A stretch of 21,770 bases of DNA, from NCBI GenBank assembly GCA_022567535.1, contig JADFGU010000012.1:1-21770 (forward strand), given 5' to 3'. The notes below the pieces were generated by a model. The model saw only the letters and a list, made by a program, of their open reading frames with translations. It was not told the DNA's origin and searched no databases. The stretch is from Planctomycetota bacterium (lineage in GTDB: Bacteria > Planctomycetota > Phycisphaerae > Phycisphaerales > UBA1924). Made by a program: the position numbers and the translations under genes. Positions 1-7,942 of this stretch are shown here, piece by piece; position 1 is the stretch's first letter; each line of letters begins with the position of its first letter.

Positions 1-773
1 ACCAGCCGGCGGCGGATGCTCTGGGCCGAATTCTCGTGCGGCTGGGCGGTCACGTTCGACATCACCGGGCACCGCGGCGTTGTGATTTCAGTCTGTTCGA
101 GCGCTTCGGCCAGGCGATCGGCGGCCGACTGCATCAGCGGCGAGTGAAACGCGCCGGCCACCGGCAGATCCGTCGCCCTCAGCCCCTGCTCAGACGCGAC
201 CTGCACCGCCCGCGCACACGCCGCCCGATCGCCGCTGATGACCACCTGCCCCGGGGCGTTGAAGTTCGCGCACACCAGGACGCCACCGCCGCGGGCCTCA
301 TCGCACACCCGCCGGGCCTGCTCTTCGTCGGCGCCGATGAGCGCGACCATGCCGCTGGTGGTTGCCTCGGCCGCGTCCTGCATCGCCCGCCCGCGCAGCG
401 TGACCAGTTCCAACCCCTCCTCAAACGTGAACGCCCCGGCCACGTGCAGCGCGCTGTACTCGCCCAGGCTCAGCCCCGCCGTCGCCGCCAGCACCGCGTC
501 GCCCTCCCCCAGCCCCCACGCCGCGGTCAGCCCACGCCAGCACGCGATCGACGCCGTGTATATGGCCGGCTGGCTCACATCCGTACGGTTTAGTCTCTCC
601 GCGGGCCCGTCGAAGCACAGCTTGGTCAGCGCCGCGCCCAGACGATCGCCCAGCGCGCGGTCCGCAGCCTGGAACACCGCGCGCGCCTCGGGGCTCTTCT
701 TCGCCCAGGCCCGGCCCATGCCGACCGCCTGGGCGCCCTGCCCCGGGCACACGATGACCAATGGCTCTGACAC
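1..773 (-). CDS. fabD: Malonyl CoA-ACP transacylase, 3'-truncated at the window edge. GTG start at 771-773. It is absent from the ORF track because the frame has no stop inside the window.
   Basis: Manual reverse-strand translation gives (M)SEPLVIVCPGQGAQAVGMGRAWAKKSPEARAVFQAADRALGDRLGAALTKLCFDGPAE...AAWGLGEGDAVLAATAGLSLGEYSALHVAGAFTFEEGLELVTLRGRAMQDAAEATTSGMVALIGADEEQARRVCDEARGGGVLVCANFNAPGQVVISG. These are canonical FabD motifs (PGQGAQ, GxSLGEYSAL, PGQVVISG). It lies 28 bp downstream of fabH in rpmF-plsX-fabH-fabD order. GC3 is very high and there are no stops down to position 1. Confidence 0.85.
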   Translation of the reverse strand, partial: MSEPLVIVCPGQGAQAVGMGRAWAKKSPEARAVFQAADRALGDRLGAALTKLCFDGPAERLNRTDVSQPAIYTASIACWRGLTAAWGLGEGDAVLAATAGLSLGEYSALHVAGAFTFEEGLELVTLRGRAMQDAAEATTSGMVALIGADEEQARRVCDEARGGGVLVCANFNAPGQVVISGDRAACARAVQVASEQGLRATDLPVAGAFHSPLMQSAADRLAEALEQTEITTPRCPVMSNVTAQPHENSAQSIRRRL

Positions 774-801
774 GCCCCGATCATAGGTCGTTTCGCCCCC
801 G

Positions 802-1824
802 TCAGAGCCGCCACAGGCTCGAGCCCCACGTCAGCCCGCCCCCAAAGGCCACGAACATCACCAGGTCGCCCTCGTGCAGCCGCCCGGCCTGCATCAACTC
901 GTCGTAACACAGCGGCACCGACGCCGCCACCGTGTTCCCGTACTTCCCGATGTTCACCAGCATCCGGTCCTCGGGGATCCCGAACCGATCGCGGGCGGCG
1001 CTGAGAATCCGCGCGTTGGACTGATGGCAGATGAACTGCGCCACATCGCTCGCCTGGATCCCCGCCATATCGAGCGTTTCGCAGATCAGATCCTGGAACG
1101 TCTTCACCGCGAACTTGAACACCGCCCGCCCGTTCATCCGCACCGTGCTCAGCAGCGACTCGTCCACCTCGCCGTAGAAGTCCTGCACGTGCTGGGGAAC
1201 GTACAGATCCTGCCAGCACGATCCGTCCGAGTGCATCGCCTGCGCCACCAGCCCCCGGTTAGCGTCGTCGGTGGTCTGGAAAACCAGCGCCCCGGCCCCG
1301 TCGCCGAACAGGATCGCCGTGTCGCGACACGAATTGTCGTACCGCGTGTGCTGCGTGAGCGTATCAGAACCCACCACGGCCGCGGTCTTGTACAGACCTG
1401 TGCGCATCTGCGCGGCGAGACTGTTCAACGCAAACACGAATCCGCAGCACGCTCCGCCCACGTCCCACGCCGCGATGTGCCCCGCCCCGACCTCCGCCGC
1501 AACCCGGCACGCTACCGGAGGACACATCATATCGGGCGTCATCGTCGCCACTAAAACCAGATCCAGATCCGCACCCGTCAATCCGGCACTCGCCAGCGCC
1601 CGTTTGAGCGCTGTGACACCCAGCGTCCGCGTGCTCTCGCCCCTGCCCTCGCGGTCGAACACACGCCGCTCGTGGATGCCCGTACGCTGCACGATCCACT
1701 CGTCGGACGTGTCCATCAACTTCTCGAGGTCCACGTTGGTCAGCCGGCCCACGGGCAGCGCGGACCCGCACCCGAGTATGCGGACGCCGAGAGGTGGCGG
1801 CTGAAGCGTCTGGGCTGCGTTCAT
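802..1824 (-). CDS. fabH: 3-oxoacyl-ACP synthase III (KAS III)
   Basis: The 340-aa ORF has the FabH catalytic Cys in AVVGSDTLTQ...GGACCGFVFAL context, HQSNARI and the GNTVAASVPL motif. It sits 8 bp downstream of plsX. Confidence 0.95.
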   Translation of the reverse strand: MNAAQTLQPPPLGVRILGCGSALPVGRLTNVDLEKLMDTSDEWIVQRTGIHERRVFDREGRGESTRTLGVTALKRALASAGLTGADLDLVLVATMTPDMMCPPVACRVAAEVGAGHIAAWDVGGACCGFVFALNSLAAQMRTGLYKTAAVVGSDTLTQHTRYDNSCRDTAILFGDGAGALVFQTTDDANRGLVAQAMHSDGSCWQDLYVPQHVQDFYGEVDESLLSTVRMNGRAVFKFAVKTFQDLICETLDMAGIQASDVAQFICHQSNARILSAARDRFGIPEDRMLVNIGKYGNTVAASVPLCYDELMQAGRLHEGDLVMFVAFGGGLTWGSSLWRL

Positions 1825-1832
1825 GCGAAATC

Positions 1833-2900
1833 CTAGACCGGACTTGCACCCACGCTGTTGGCCGCGGCCGAGTGCTGCTCGCCGATATGACCAACCTCGG
1901 CCAGCCGCTTGATGATCTCCGCGTTCACGTTGGCGCGCAGGTACTGGAAGCTGTTGCGGATCGACGCCCGGATTGTACGCGGCTCGCTCGATCCGTGCGC
2001 AATCACCATCGTTCCGTTCACGCCCAGCAGCGGCGCGCCCCCGAGCTCGTGATAGTCATTCTTCGAGTAGATCTGCTGCACCATCGGCTTGAACCGCTTC
2101 GCAAGCTCCGGATCCAACTCGCTGATCTCGCGGGCGATCGCGGCGAACAGCGACTTGGCCAGCCCCTCCGCCATCTTCAGCACAGAGTTGCCCACAAACC
2201 CGTCCGTCACGATGACGTCCGCCACCCCGTCGAAAAAGTCGCGCCCCTCGACGTACCCGATGAAGTTGATCCCCGGCGTCCGCTCGAGCAACTCGCGGGT
2301 CTGCTTGATGATGCCCGTCCCCTTGGCCTCCTCGGACCCGATGTTCATGAGCGCCACGCGAGGCCGATCGATCTTCAGCACGCAACGGGCGTACGCCTCG
2401 GACATGACCGCATACTGCCACAGGTGCGAGGTCTTCGGCTCGGGGTTGGCGCCCGCGTCGCACATCACGATCGGCCCGTGGAAAGACGGGACCGTGACCG
2501 CGATCCCCGGGCGGTGCACGCCCCGCAGCCGCTTCATGTGCATGATCGCCGCCGACACGCACGCGCCCGTATTCCCAGCCGACAGCACGCCGTCCACCGG
2601 ATCCTCAGCCTTGGCCGACCCCAGCCGCACCATCTTGACGATCGACGAGTCGCGCTTGGACCGCACCGCCTTGGCGGGCGACTCGTGCATCTCGATGATC
2701 TCAGACGCCGGGACGATCGAGAGCCGAGCGTCGTCCACGCCGCGCTCACGCAGCATTCGCTCGATGTAGCGGGCGTCGCCGACCAGCACGAGACGGTCGT
2801 CCGGACCGATCAGGTCCAATGCCTCGAAGCATCCGGTCAGAACCGCGTCGGGGGCGTTGTCCCCGCCCATGACATCGATCGCCAGGCGCATGCTCGTCAC
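1833..2900 (-). CDS. plsX: Phosphate acyltransferase PlsX (GTG start)
   Basis: The 355-aa ORF begins MRLAIDVMGGDNAP and contains GNTGA and GxxxxMCDAGANPEP blocks typical of PlsX. It occupies the classic position between rpmF and fabH. Confidence 0.95.
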   Translation of the reverse strand: MTSMRLAIDVMGGDNAPDAVLTGCFEALDLIGPDDRLVLVGDARYIERMLRERGVDDARLSIVPASEIIEMHESPAKAVRSKRDSSIVKMVRLGSAKAEDPVDGVLSAGNTGACVSAAIMHMKRLRGVHRPGIAVTVPSFHGPIVMCDAGANPEPKTSHLWQYAVMSEAYARCVLKIDRPRVALMNIGSEEAKGTGIIKQTRELLERTPGINFIGYVEGRDFFDGVADVIVTDGFVGNSVLKMAEGLAKSLFAAIAREISELDPELAKRFKPMVQQIYSKNDYHELGGAPLLGVNGTMVIAHGSSEPRTIRASIRNSFQYLRANVNAEIIKRLAEVGHIGEQHSAAANSVGASPV

Positions 2901-2907
2901 CGCTCGC

Positions 2908-3108
2908 TCAGTCGTTGCCGACGCCGATCTTCAGCTTGGGAACACGGATCCGTAGCCCCGGCCGCACGTACCCCGACTCCTTGCACACCCGATGGTGCAG
3001 CTTGGCGGTCCCGCTCAGCGGGCAGATCGCCGGCCGGATCGCCGTCAGCGCATGGTGCGAGCGACGCCGCCTGCTGCGACCATGACTCTGTCTCAGTGCT
3101 GGGACCAT
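2908..3108 (-). CDS. rpmF: 50S ribosomal protein L32. The real start is the internal ATG at 3106-3108, not the 113-aa ORF start at 3249.
   Basis: The 66-aa product is MVPALRQSHGRSRRRRSHHALTAIRPAICPLSGTAKLHHRVCKESGYVRP, matching the L32 signature (RRxHxALTA...C..CG..K..HRVC). A GGAGA SD lies 6 nt upstream. It is 8 bp upstream of plsX. Confidence 0.85.
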   Translation of the reverse strand: MVPALRQSHGRSRRRRSHHALTAIRPAICPLSGTAKLHHRVCKESGYVRPGLRIRVPKLKIGVGND

Positions 3109-3230
3109 CTGCGTTCTCCAGGCAACGGGGCCGACGAGGCCGCCACAATTCTCGCTAAGCGCCCTGGTTCGTCGGGAGTCCTTCGCCTCGCCCGTGAGCG
3201 GCGAACCCGGCACAGTGTGAGACGACCGGA

Positions 3231-3259
3231 ACAGTAGACGATCGCCCACATTCAGTCAA
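3231..3259 (-). promoter_or_regulatory. Putative sigma70-type promoter for the rpmF-plsX-fabH-fabD operon: TTGACT, 17 bp spacer, TACTGT.
   Basis: On the minus strand the -35 TTGACT is the complement of 3254-3259 and the -10 TACTGT is the complement of 3231-3236, with an exact 17-nt spacer. It lies about 120 nt upstream of the rpmF ATG. No other match of this quality is present in the 280-bp intergenic region. Confidence 0.3.
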
Positions 3260-3389
3260 CGCGTGCCGCCCCGGCCTCACCGCCGGAACCACCGGGCGAT
3301 CGCCCCGCCGCCCACCCGCACCCGCGCCACTGGACCCGCACCGCCGGCGGGTTACACTTGGTCGTCCCGAGGGCGGCACCGCCCCCGGC

Positions 3390-3462
<73 letters not shown>

Positions 3463-3662
3463 TTTCCGCGCAAAGTCAATGCCGGTCCGGTTTTCCCGTC
3501 CATCGACCCCGACAACACCTCTCGCACCCGCCCGGAAACACAGGGCACCCCAGGCCACGGACGGCAGCGACCACTCCGCACCACCCCTGCACCGCGCGGG
3601 ACCGGTCCGGGTTATCTTGCCCCACCGTCCGCCCGGCTGGACCCCCAGCAGCGGCTGAACCG

Positions 3663-4436
3663 ATGACCAGAAACGTGACTCCATCCCCGCCCCCAGCATC
3701 CCCCGCTCCCGTCCAGTCGATCGACCGTCGCGAGGCCATCCGCTTCGGGCTGCTCGGCACAGCGGGCTTCTTGCTGGCCGGGTGTCAGTCCGGCTGGAAG
3801 CCGCTCGATCGCGAGCTGGGGCTGCTCGCCCGTCCCATCCCCTCCTTCGGGCACGGCGACCGGTCGTCCGCATCCGCTGCACTCGCGTCCGACCCGACAC
3901 TCACCCAGCTCCCACCCAGCGTGATCCCGCGCCGCACCTGGACCACCGCCGACACCATCGCCGCCCGCGCCAATCCCATGGTCCGCGTCCGGCGCATCAC
4001 CGTCCATCACGACGGCATGCCCCCCGTCCCGCTCCGATCACGCCAGGACGTCATGCGCCGGCTCGAGATCATCCGCCGGTCGCACGTCAACGCCCGAGGC
4101 TGGGCCGACATCGGATACCACTTCGTCGTGGACCCGCTCGGCAACGTCTGGGAAGCACGCCCACTCATCTACCAGGGCGCCCACGTCAAGGACCAGAACC
4201 AACGCAACATGGGCATCATGCTGCTGGGCAATTTCGACGAGCAGTCTCCCACGCGCCGGGCTCTGGCCGCGCTCGACACATTCCTCATCGCGCAGATGAC
4301 CCGCTTCGCCGTGCCCGTCGCCGAGGTCGTCACGCACCAGGAACTCGCCGCGACCGCCTGCCCCGGACGCTCGCTGCAGCGGCACATGGTTCAGACGCGC
4401 AGCTTCTCCGGCGTCCTCACCGCGGCCCACGCGTAG
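3663..4436 (+). CDS. N-acetylmuramoyl-L-alanine amidase, Amidase_2/PGRP family (AmiD/AmpD-like). Predicted Tat-dependent lipoprotein.
   Basis: The C-terminal 170 aa carry Amidase_2 hallmarks: ITVHHDG, GYHFVVDPLGNVWEARP, and the zinc ligands H...H...C in THQELAATACPG. The N-terminus DRREAIRFGLLGTAGFLLAGCQS combines a twin-arginine motif with a lipobox (LAGC). The ORF-track start at 3405 overlaps the tRNA, so the ATG at 3663 is used. Confidence 0.8.
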   Translation: MTRNVTPSPPPASPAPVQSIDRREAIRFGLLGTAGFLLAGCQSGWKPLDRELGLLARPIPSFGHGDRSSASAALASDPTLTQLPPSVIPRRTWTTADTIAARANPMVRVRRITVHHDGMPPVPLRSRQDVMRRLEIIRRSHVNARGWADIGYHFVVDPLGNVWEARPLIYQGAHVKDQNQRNMGIMLLGNFDEQSPTRRALAALDTFLIAQMTRFAVPVAEVVTHQELAATACPGRSLQRHMVQTRSFSGVLTAAHA

Positions 4437-4459
4437 TTTGTCCCCCACGCGCACATTCG

Positions 4460-5278
4460 CTACTCGCCTGATTGCTCCTCGAGCTCGAACCCGGGCCCGA
4501 AGACCGCCGTGCCGACCCGCACGATGTTCGCCCCCTCCTCGATCGCGACCTCGAAGTCCCCGCTCATGCCCATCGACAGGATGTTGAATCGTCCCTCGCC
4601 AACTCCCATCGTGCGGATCTCCTCGAATGCCTCGCGTGCCCGCGCAAACGTTTCCCTCGACGCCTCGGGATCCTCCGACAGCACCGCCATCGTCATCAGC
4701 CCGCGCATACGAACGTTGACCATCGTCTCGATCTGGTCCGCGAGGTGACGGGCCGCCGGCAGCGGACACCCGTGCCTGCCCTGCTCCCCGGACGCGTTCA
4801 CCTGCAGCAGCACCTCCACCGCCGTGTCGCGCTTCACCGCGATCGTGTGGATCTCCTCCGCCAGCCGCAGCGAGTCCACCGAATGGATCAGCCGGCACAC
4901 GCCCACCGCCTTTTTCGCCTTGTTGCGCTGCAGGCGCCCGATCATGTGCCACCGCACCGACTCCGGTGGCGAGGCGTGCGTCGGGTTGGGCGCATCGAAC
5001 AGCCCGCTGGCCGGCTTGGGCGTACGCATCAGCACACGGTGACGCGACAGATACTCGTCCAGCATCGCCGCCCGCCGCACCAGTTGCAGCACGCGGTTCT
5101 CGCCGAAGTCTCGATGCCCGAGATTCACGAGCGCCCGGATCTGCTCGGGCTCGGCGTTCTTCGTGACCGCTACCAGGATCACGTCCCCGGGCAATCGCCC
5201 GCTCCGCACCGACGCCGCCCCAATCCGCCCAAGCACCTCGGTGTACCGACTTTCCAATGTTGTCATCGTCGCGGTCAT
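4460..5278 (-). CDS. yggS: YggS/PLPBP-family pyridoxal-phosphate homeostasis protein. An alternative start is at 5266; the track ORF extends to 5359.
   Basis: YggS signature blocks are present: LVAVTKNAEPEQIRALVNLGHRDFGENRVQ, HMIGRLQRNKAKK and LSMGMSGDFEVAIEEGANIVRVGTAVFG. AGGAGG lies 4 nt upstream of the ATG at 5276-5278. The upstream extension uses rare codons. Confidence 0.8.
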   Translation of the reverse strand: MTATMTTLESRYTEVLGRIGAASVRSGRLPGDVILVAVTKNAEPEQIRALVNLGHRDFGENRVLQLVRRAAMLDEYLSRHRVLMRTPKPASGLFDAPNPTHASPPESVRWHMIGRLQRNKAKKAVGVCRLIHSVDSLRLAEEIHTIAVKRDTAVEVLLQVNASGEQGRHGCPLPAARHLADQIETMVNVRMRGLMTMAVLSEDPEASRETFARAREAFEEIRTMGVGEGRFNILSMGMSGDFEVAIEEGANIVRVGTAVFGPGFELEEQSGE

Positions 5279-5355
5279 ACCGCCTCCTGCTCGGACCGTG
5301 CCACCAGCATACGCCGTCAGCGGCCGACACGCAAACTCGACCTCACCACCGTCTT

Positions 5356-5967
5356 TCAAGGCTCGCTCCCACCCACCACCTCAAACCGGGCGATCAGCGT
5401 CCATCCGCGCACCTCGCACCCAAGCTCTTCCAGCCAGCGCCTCATCCGCGTGCTGCTCTGATTGCACAGCCAGTAGCTCTCGCTAAGCCTGGCAAATCTC
5501 ATCCCGTGCTCCGCGCTGTCAACGCGCTCGGCAGCAGCTGTGAACACCCCGTCCAGTCGCGCCATCAGATGCTCGATCGCCGAACGCTCGACCTCGAACT
5601 CATGGATCGCCTGGGCCCGAAGCTCCGGCCTCGACCCGTCCGTTGTCAGCTCGCGCCGCCCGAGCGTCGCCTTGGTCGGCAGCAATAGCGCCGCAGCCCC
5701 GTCCAGCGCCGACGTGTTGCTCTTGGCATACCAGCTCCAGTCCCCGTAGGTATATTCCCACCACGTCGCATCGCCCGCTCCGCCGGAACCACCCGGCAGC
5801 AGCAAGCGCGATGTCCGTCCATAGTCGGCCACGTACACCCGCACCGGATCCTCAACCGATGCCGGCGGCGTGATCCGCAGCGTCCCGCACCCGGCCGCCC
5901 AACCCGCCATCCATCCCGCAACGCCCACCGCCGCCGCACACCGCCAAACTCTGTTCACGCCCGACAT
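5356..5967 (-). CDS. Hypothetical lipoprotein, 203 aa, no family recognised
   Basis: The N-terminus MSGVNRVWRCAAAVGVAGWMAGWAAGCGT is a signal peptide with lipobox AAGC. GC3 is high. A Trp/Tyr-rich motif DATWWEYTYGDWSWYAKSNTS is present. It is divergent from the SRAP gene, with a 66-bp shared upstream region. Confidence 0.55.
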   Translation of the reverse strand: MSGVNRVWRCAAAVGVAGWMAGWAAGCGTLRITPPASVEDPVRVYVADYGRTSRLLLPGGSGGAGDATWWEYTYGDWSWYAKSNTSALDGAAALLLPTKATLGRRELTTDGSRPELRAQAIHEFEVERSAIEHLMARLDGVFTAAAERVDSAEHGMRFARLSESYWLCNQSSTRMRRWLEELGCEVRGWTLIARFEVVGGSEP

Positions 5968-6033
5968 CGCACTTCATTACACCGGGTTCGGCGCTTATCA
6001 TCAAGTCCACGAAACCGCTCGGAGGCTGTCAGC

Positions 6034-6795
6034 ATGTGCGGCCGATTCGCCTTCAACTTCACCTGGGCCGAGATCCACGCCCTTCTGGAACTCACGACCC
6101 CCTTCGACCAGCCGCCCGACTTCCTCGCCCCGCGCTACAACGCCGCCCCAACGCAAAGCCTGCCCGTCGCCCTGGACACCGAGGGTCGGCGGGTCCTTCG
6201 GCTCATGCGCTGGGGGCTCGTCCCCTCCTGGGCCAAGGACCGCGCCATCGGAAACCGCCTCATCAACGCCCGCAGCGAGACCGCCCGCGACAAGCCCGCC
6301 TTCCGCGACGCCTTCGCCCGACGAAGATGCCTCGTCCCCGCCTCCGGCTTCTACGAATGGAAACGACCGGAACCCACGGCCGAACGCACAGCCCGACGCA
6401 CAGCCCGACGCAAGCAGCCGTACTTCATCCAGCTGCTCGACGCCAGCCCGTTCGCGATGGCCGGCCTGTGGGAACAGCACATCGATCCTGACGGCGAGCC
6501 GCTGACCACGTTCACGATCCTGACCACTGTGCCCAATGAACTCGTCGCCCCGCTGCACGACCGGATGCCCGTCATCCTGCACCCGGGCGCATACGACCGC
6601 TGGCTCGATCCGGGCGAGCGCGACACCGACGCCCTGACGGCCATGCTCGTCCCGTATCCAGCCCAGCGGATGCGGGCTCACCCGGTCTCGACCCGCGTCA
6701 ACAGCCCGGCCAACGACGACCCCGTGTGCCTCGCGCCGCTCGAACGACCCGCGCCCGGGACCGGTCCGCCCACCGGCCTGTTCCCCGCGGATTGA
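6034..6795 (+). CDS. yedK: SOS-response-associated peptidase (SRAP/YedK/HMCES family), an abasic-site DNA-protein crosslinking enzyme
   Basis: It starts MCGRFAFNF, where the invariant Cys2 after the initiator Met is the SRAP nucleophile. It also has the WGLVPSWAKD, INARSETA and PASGFYEWK blocks. A GGAGG SD lies 8 nt upstream. Confidence 0.9.
   Translation: MCGRFAFNFTWAEIHALLELTTPFDQPPDFLAPRYNAAPTQSLPVALDTEGRRVLRLMRWGLVPSWAKDRAIGNRLINARSETARDKPAFRDAFARRRCLVPASGFYEWKRPEPTAERTARRTARRKQPYFIQLLDASPFAMAGLWEQHIDPDGEPLTTFTILTTVPNELVAPLHDRMPVILHPGAYDRWLDPGERDTDALTAMLVPYPAQRMRAHPVSTRVNSPANDDPVCLAPLERPAPGTGPPTGLFPAD
6385..6413 (+). repeat. Tandem 12-bp repeat (cgcacagcccga, 2.4 copies) inside the SRAP gene, encoding ERTARRTARRKQ
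   Basis: Read directly: 6385-6396 equals 6397-6408, with a partial third copy at 6409-6413. The repeat is in frame and creates an Arg-rich insertion in a loop region. Confidence 0.7.
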
Positions 6796-6867
6796 GTGTC
6801 GACAGACTGAATGACCGATGATGGCTACACTTCCGCTCGATTCTCGTCACCGGGTCTAAGGACACTG

Positions 6868-7092
6868 ATGGTCAAGCAGGACGACAAGTTCACTCTCGAC
6901 GCGGTTGTGACCGAAGCCCTGCCCAACACCATGTTCAAGGTTCGCCTGCCCGACGAAGCCCAGACCGAGATCCTCGCCTATCTGTCCGGCAAGATGCGCA
7001 AGTTTCGGATCCGTATCCTGCCCGGCGACACGGTCACGGTCGAGATGAGCCCGTACGACCTGACCAAGGCCCGGATCACCTATCGCAAGTAG
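6868..7092 (+). CDS. infA: Translation initiation factor IF-1 (74 aa). The internal ATG is used; the track ORF starts at 6811.
   Basis: The product is [74 protein letters not shown], an S1-like IF-1 with the EALPNxMFRV, SGKMR and ILPGDxV motifs. An AAGGA SD lies 5-6 nt upstream of ATG 6868. Confidence 0.9.
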   Translation: MVKQDDKFTLDAVVTEALPNTMFKVRLPDEAQTEILAYLSGKMRKFRIRILPGDTVTVEMSPYDLTKARITYRK

Positions 7093-7154
7093 CTGTCGCT
7101 CCCCTTGGCCGTACCGCGGGTGGGCATATCGCGCGCTGTGCGTCCAAGGCCATG

Positions 7155-7184
7155 AAAAACCCCGCACCGAACGGGCGCGGGGTT
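7155..7184 (-). terminator. Rho-independent terminator for the RRM gene, possibly bidirectional for convergent infA
   Basis: On the minus strand the stem CCCCGCGCC / GGTGCGGGG is 9 bp with one G-U and a 5-nt loop CGTTC, followed by TTTTT. It starts 27 nt after the rbp stop. On the plus strand the same hairpin follows an A-tract and has only TT after it. Confidence 0.6.
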
Positions 7185-7208
7185 GCGTGTGCGATTCAGG
7201 AAAGTTGC

Positions 7209-7523
7209 TTACCAGCCACCGCCCCTTCGGCCGCCGCCGCCGCCGTACCCGCCGCCACCGCCACCGCCGCCGGTGCGCTGCTCGCGCGGCTTGGCCTCGT
7301 TGACCTTGAGCGTCCGACCATCGACCGTTGACCCGTTGATCTGCTCGATCGCCGTCCGCGCCGCCGCATCGTCGGACATCTCCACGAAGCCGAAGCCCCG
7401 AGGACGGCCCGTCTCACGGTCCGTGATGATCGCCGCCGATGTGACTTCGCCGTGTGCCGAGAAAAGCTCTTGCAATTCCGCTTCACCGGTGCTGAAAGGA
7501 AGGTTGCCTACATAAATTCGCAT
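7209..7523 (-). CDS. RRM-domain RNA-binding protein with a Gly-rich C-terminal tail (104 aa)
   Basis: RNP-2 is IYVGNLPF and RNP-1 is RGFGFVEM. The tail is GGGGGGGGYGGGGGRRGGGW. It resembles cyanobacterial Rbp/GRP-type small RNA-binding proteins. Confidence 0.9.
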   Translation of the reverse strand: MRIYVGNLPFSTGEAELQELFSAHGEVTSAAIITDRETGRPRGFGFVEMSDDAAARTAIEQINGSTVDGRTLKVNEAKPREQRTGGGGGGGGYGGGGGRRGGGW

Positions 7524-7644
7524 TACCGTTTCGATCCTGCCCGAGCTTTCCTGAGTCCAACCGTTGCACGCACCCGGGCATCAGCGAGCGAAGGCCTGCG
7601 TGGCCCGCCCCGGACCATTCCCGGGACGCAACCCAATACCTCCC

Positions 7645-7672
7645 ATTGTAGACTCGCCCCCGCCATTTTCCA
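7645..7672 (-). promoter_or_regulatory. Candidate promoter for the RRM gene (-10 TACAAT, weak -35 TGGAAA, 16-nt spacer), giving a leader of roughly 115 nt
   Basis: TACAAT is the complement of 7645-7650 and TGGAAA is the complement of 7667-7672. The same TCTACAATG context recurs at 11971-11979 upstream of another gene. Confidence 0.25.
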
Positions 7673-7942
7673 CCGCGCCCGAAACCGGCTTCAGCACTCA
7701 AGAACGCCCCGGTCGGCCCATCGCCCATTCCGGGGCCTGACCCTGACGTCCGGCACACATACCAAGGATCCTCGCACCCGCCGTTTCTCCCGTAGCTCCA
7801 CGCATCGCACAGGATGAGACACCTCCGGCCCGCAGATCCCGACGAGACGCGACCGGCAGGGAGCGTTTCCCCCCGTGCCCAACCAGGCGCCGCCGCGATC
7901 ACCCCGTCTCATCGCTCCGCACACCGCTCCTAACATCCGCCC

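Noticed and set aside
36-786. Two + strand ORFs (36..593 and 238..786) at the left edge
   Set aside because: They are antisense to the hand-verified fabD reading frame. Their S/P/A/T/R-rich composition is typical of antisense frames.
1794-3158. A 454-aa + strand ORF antisense to plsX and rpmF
   Set aside because: It has an Arg/His/Leu/Pro-rich composition typical of the reverse frame of a GC3-rich gene. It is fully overlapped by the well-supported plsX and rpmF genes and matches no recognisable domain.
3155-3379. A 74-aa minus-strand ORF between rpmF and the tRNA
   Set aside because: It is Arg/Gly-rich with no RBS and no homology. The region is better explained as the rpmF operon promoter and leader.
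4038-5330. A 430-aa minus-strand ORF overlapping yggS and the amidase in other frames. Also the + ORFs 3782..4471 and 4472..5461.
   Set aside because: These are out-of-frame or antisense to genes with clear family signatures. Their compositions (R/G/A/P runs) are non-protein-like.
7103-7149. A CCTTGG...CCAAGG inverted repeat downstream of infA
   Set aside because: It has only a 6-bp stem with a ~35-nt loop and no T-run. The adjacent canonical hairpin at 7160-7182 is the far better terminator.
7183-7515. A + strand ORF encoding a poly-proline stretch (PPPPPYPPPPPPPP)
   Set aside because: It is the antisense of the Gly-rich (GGN-repeat) tail of the RRM protein.
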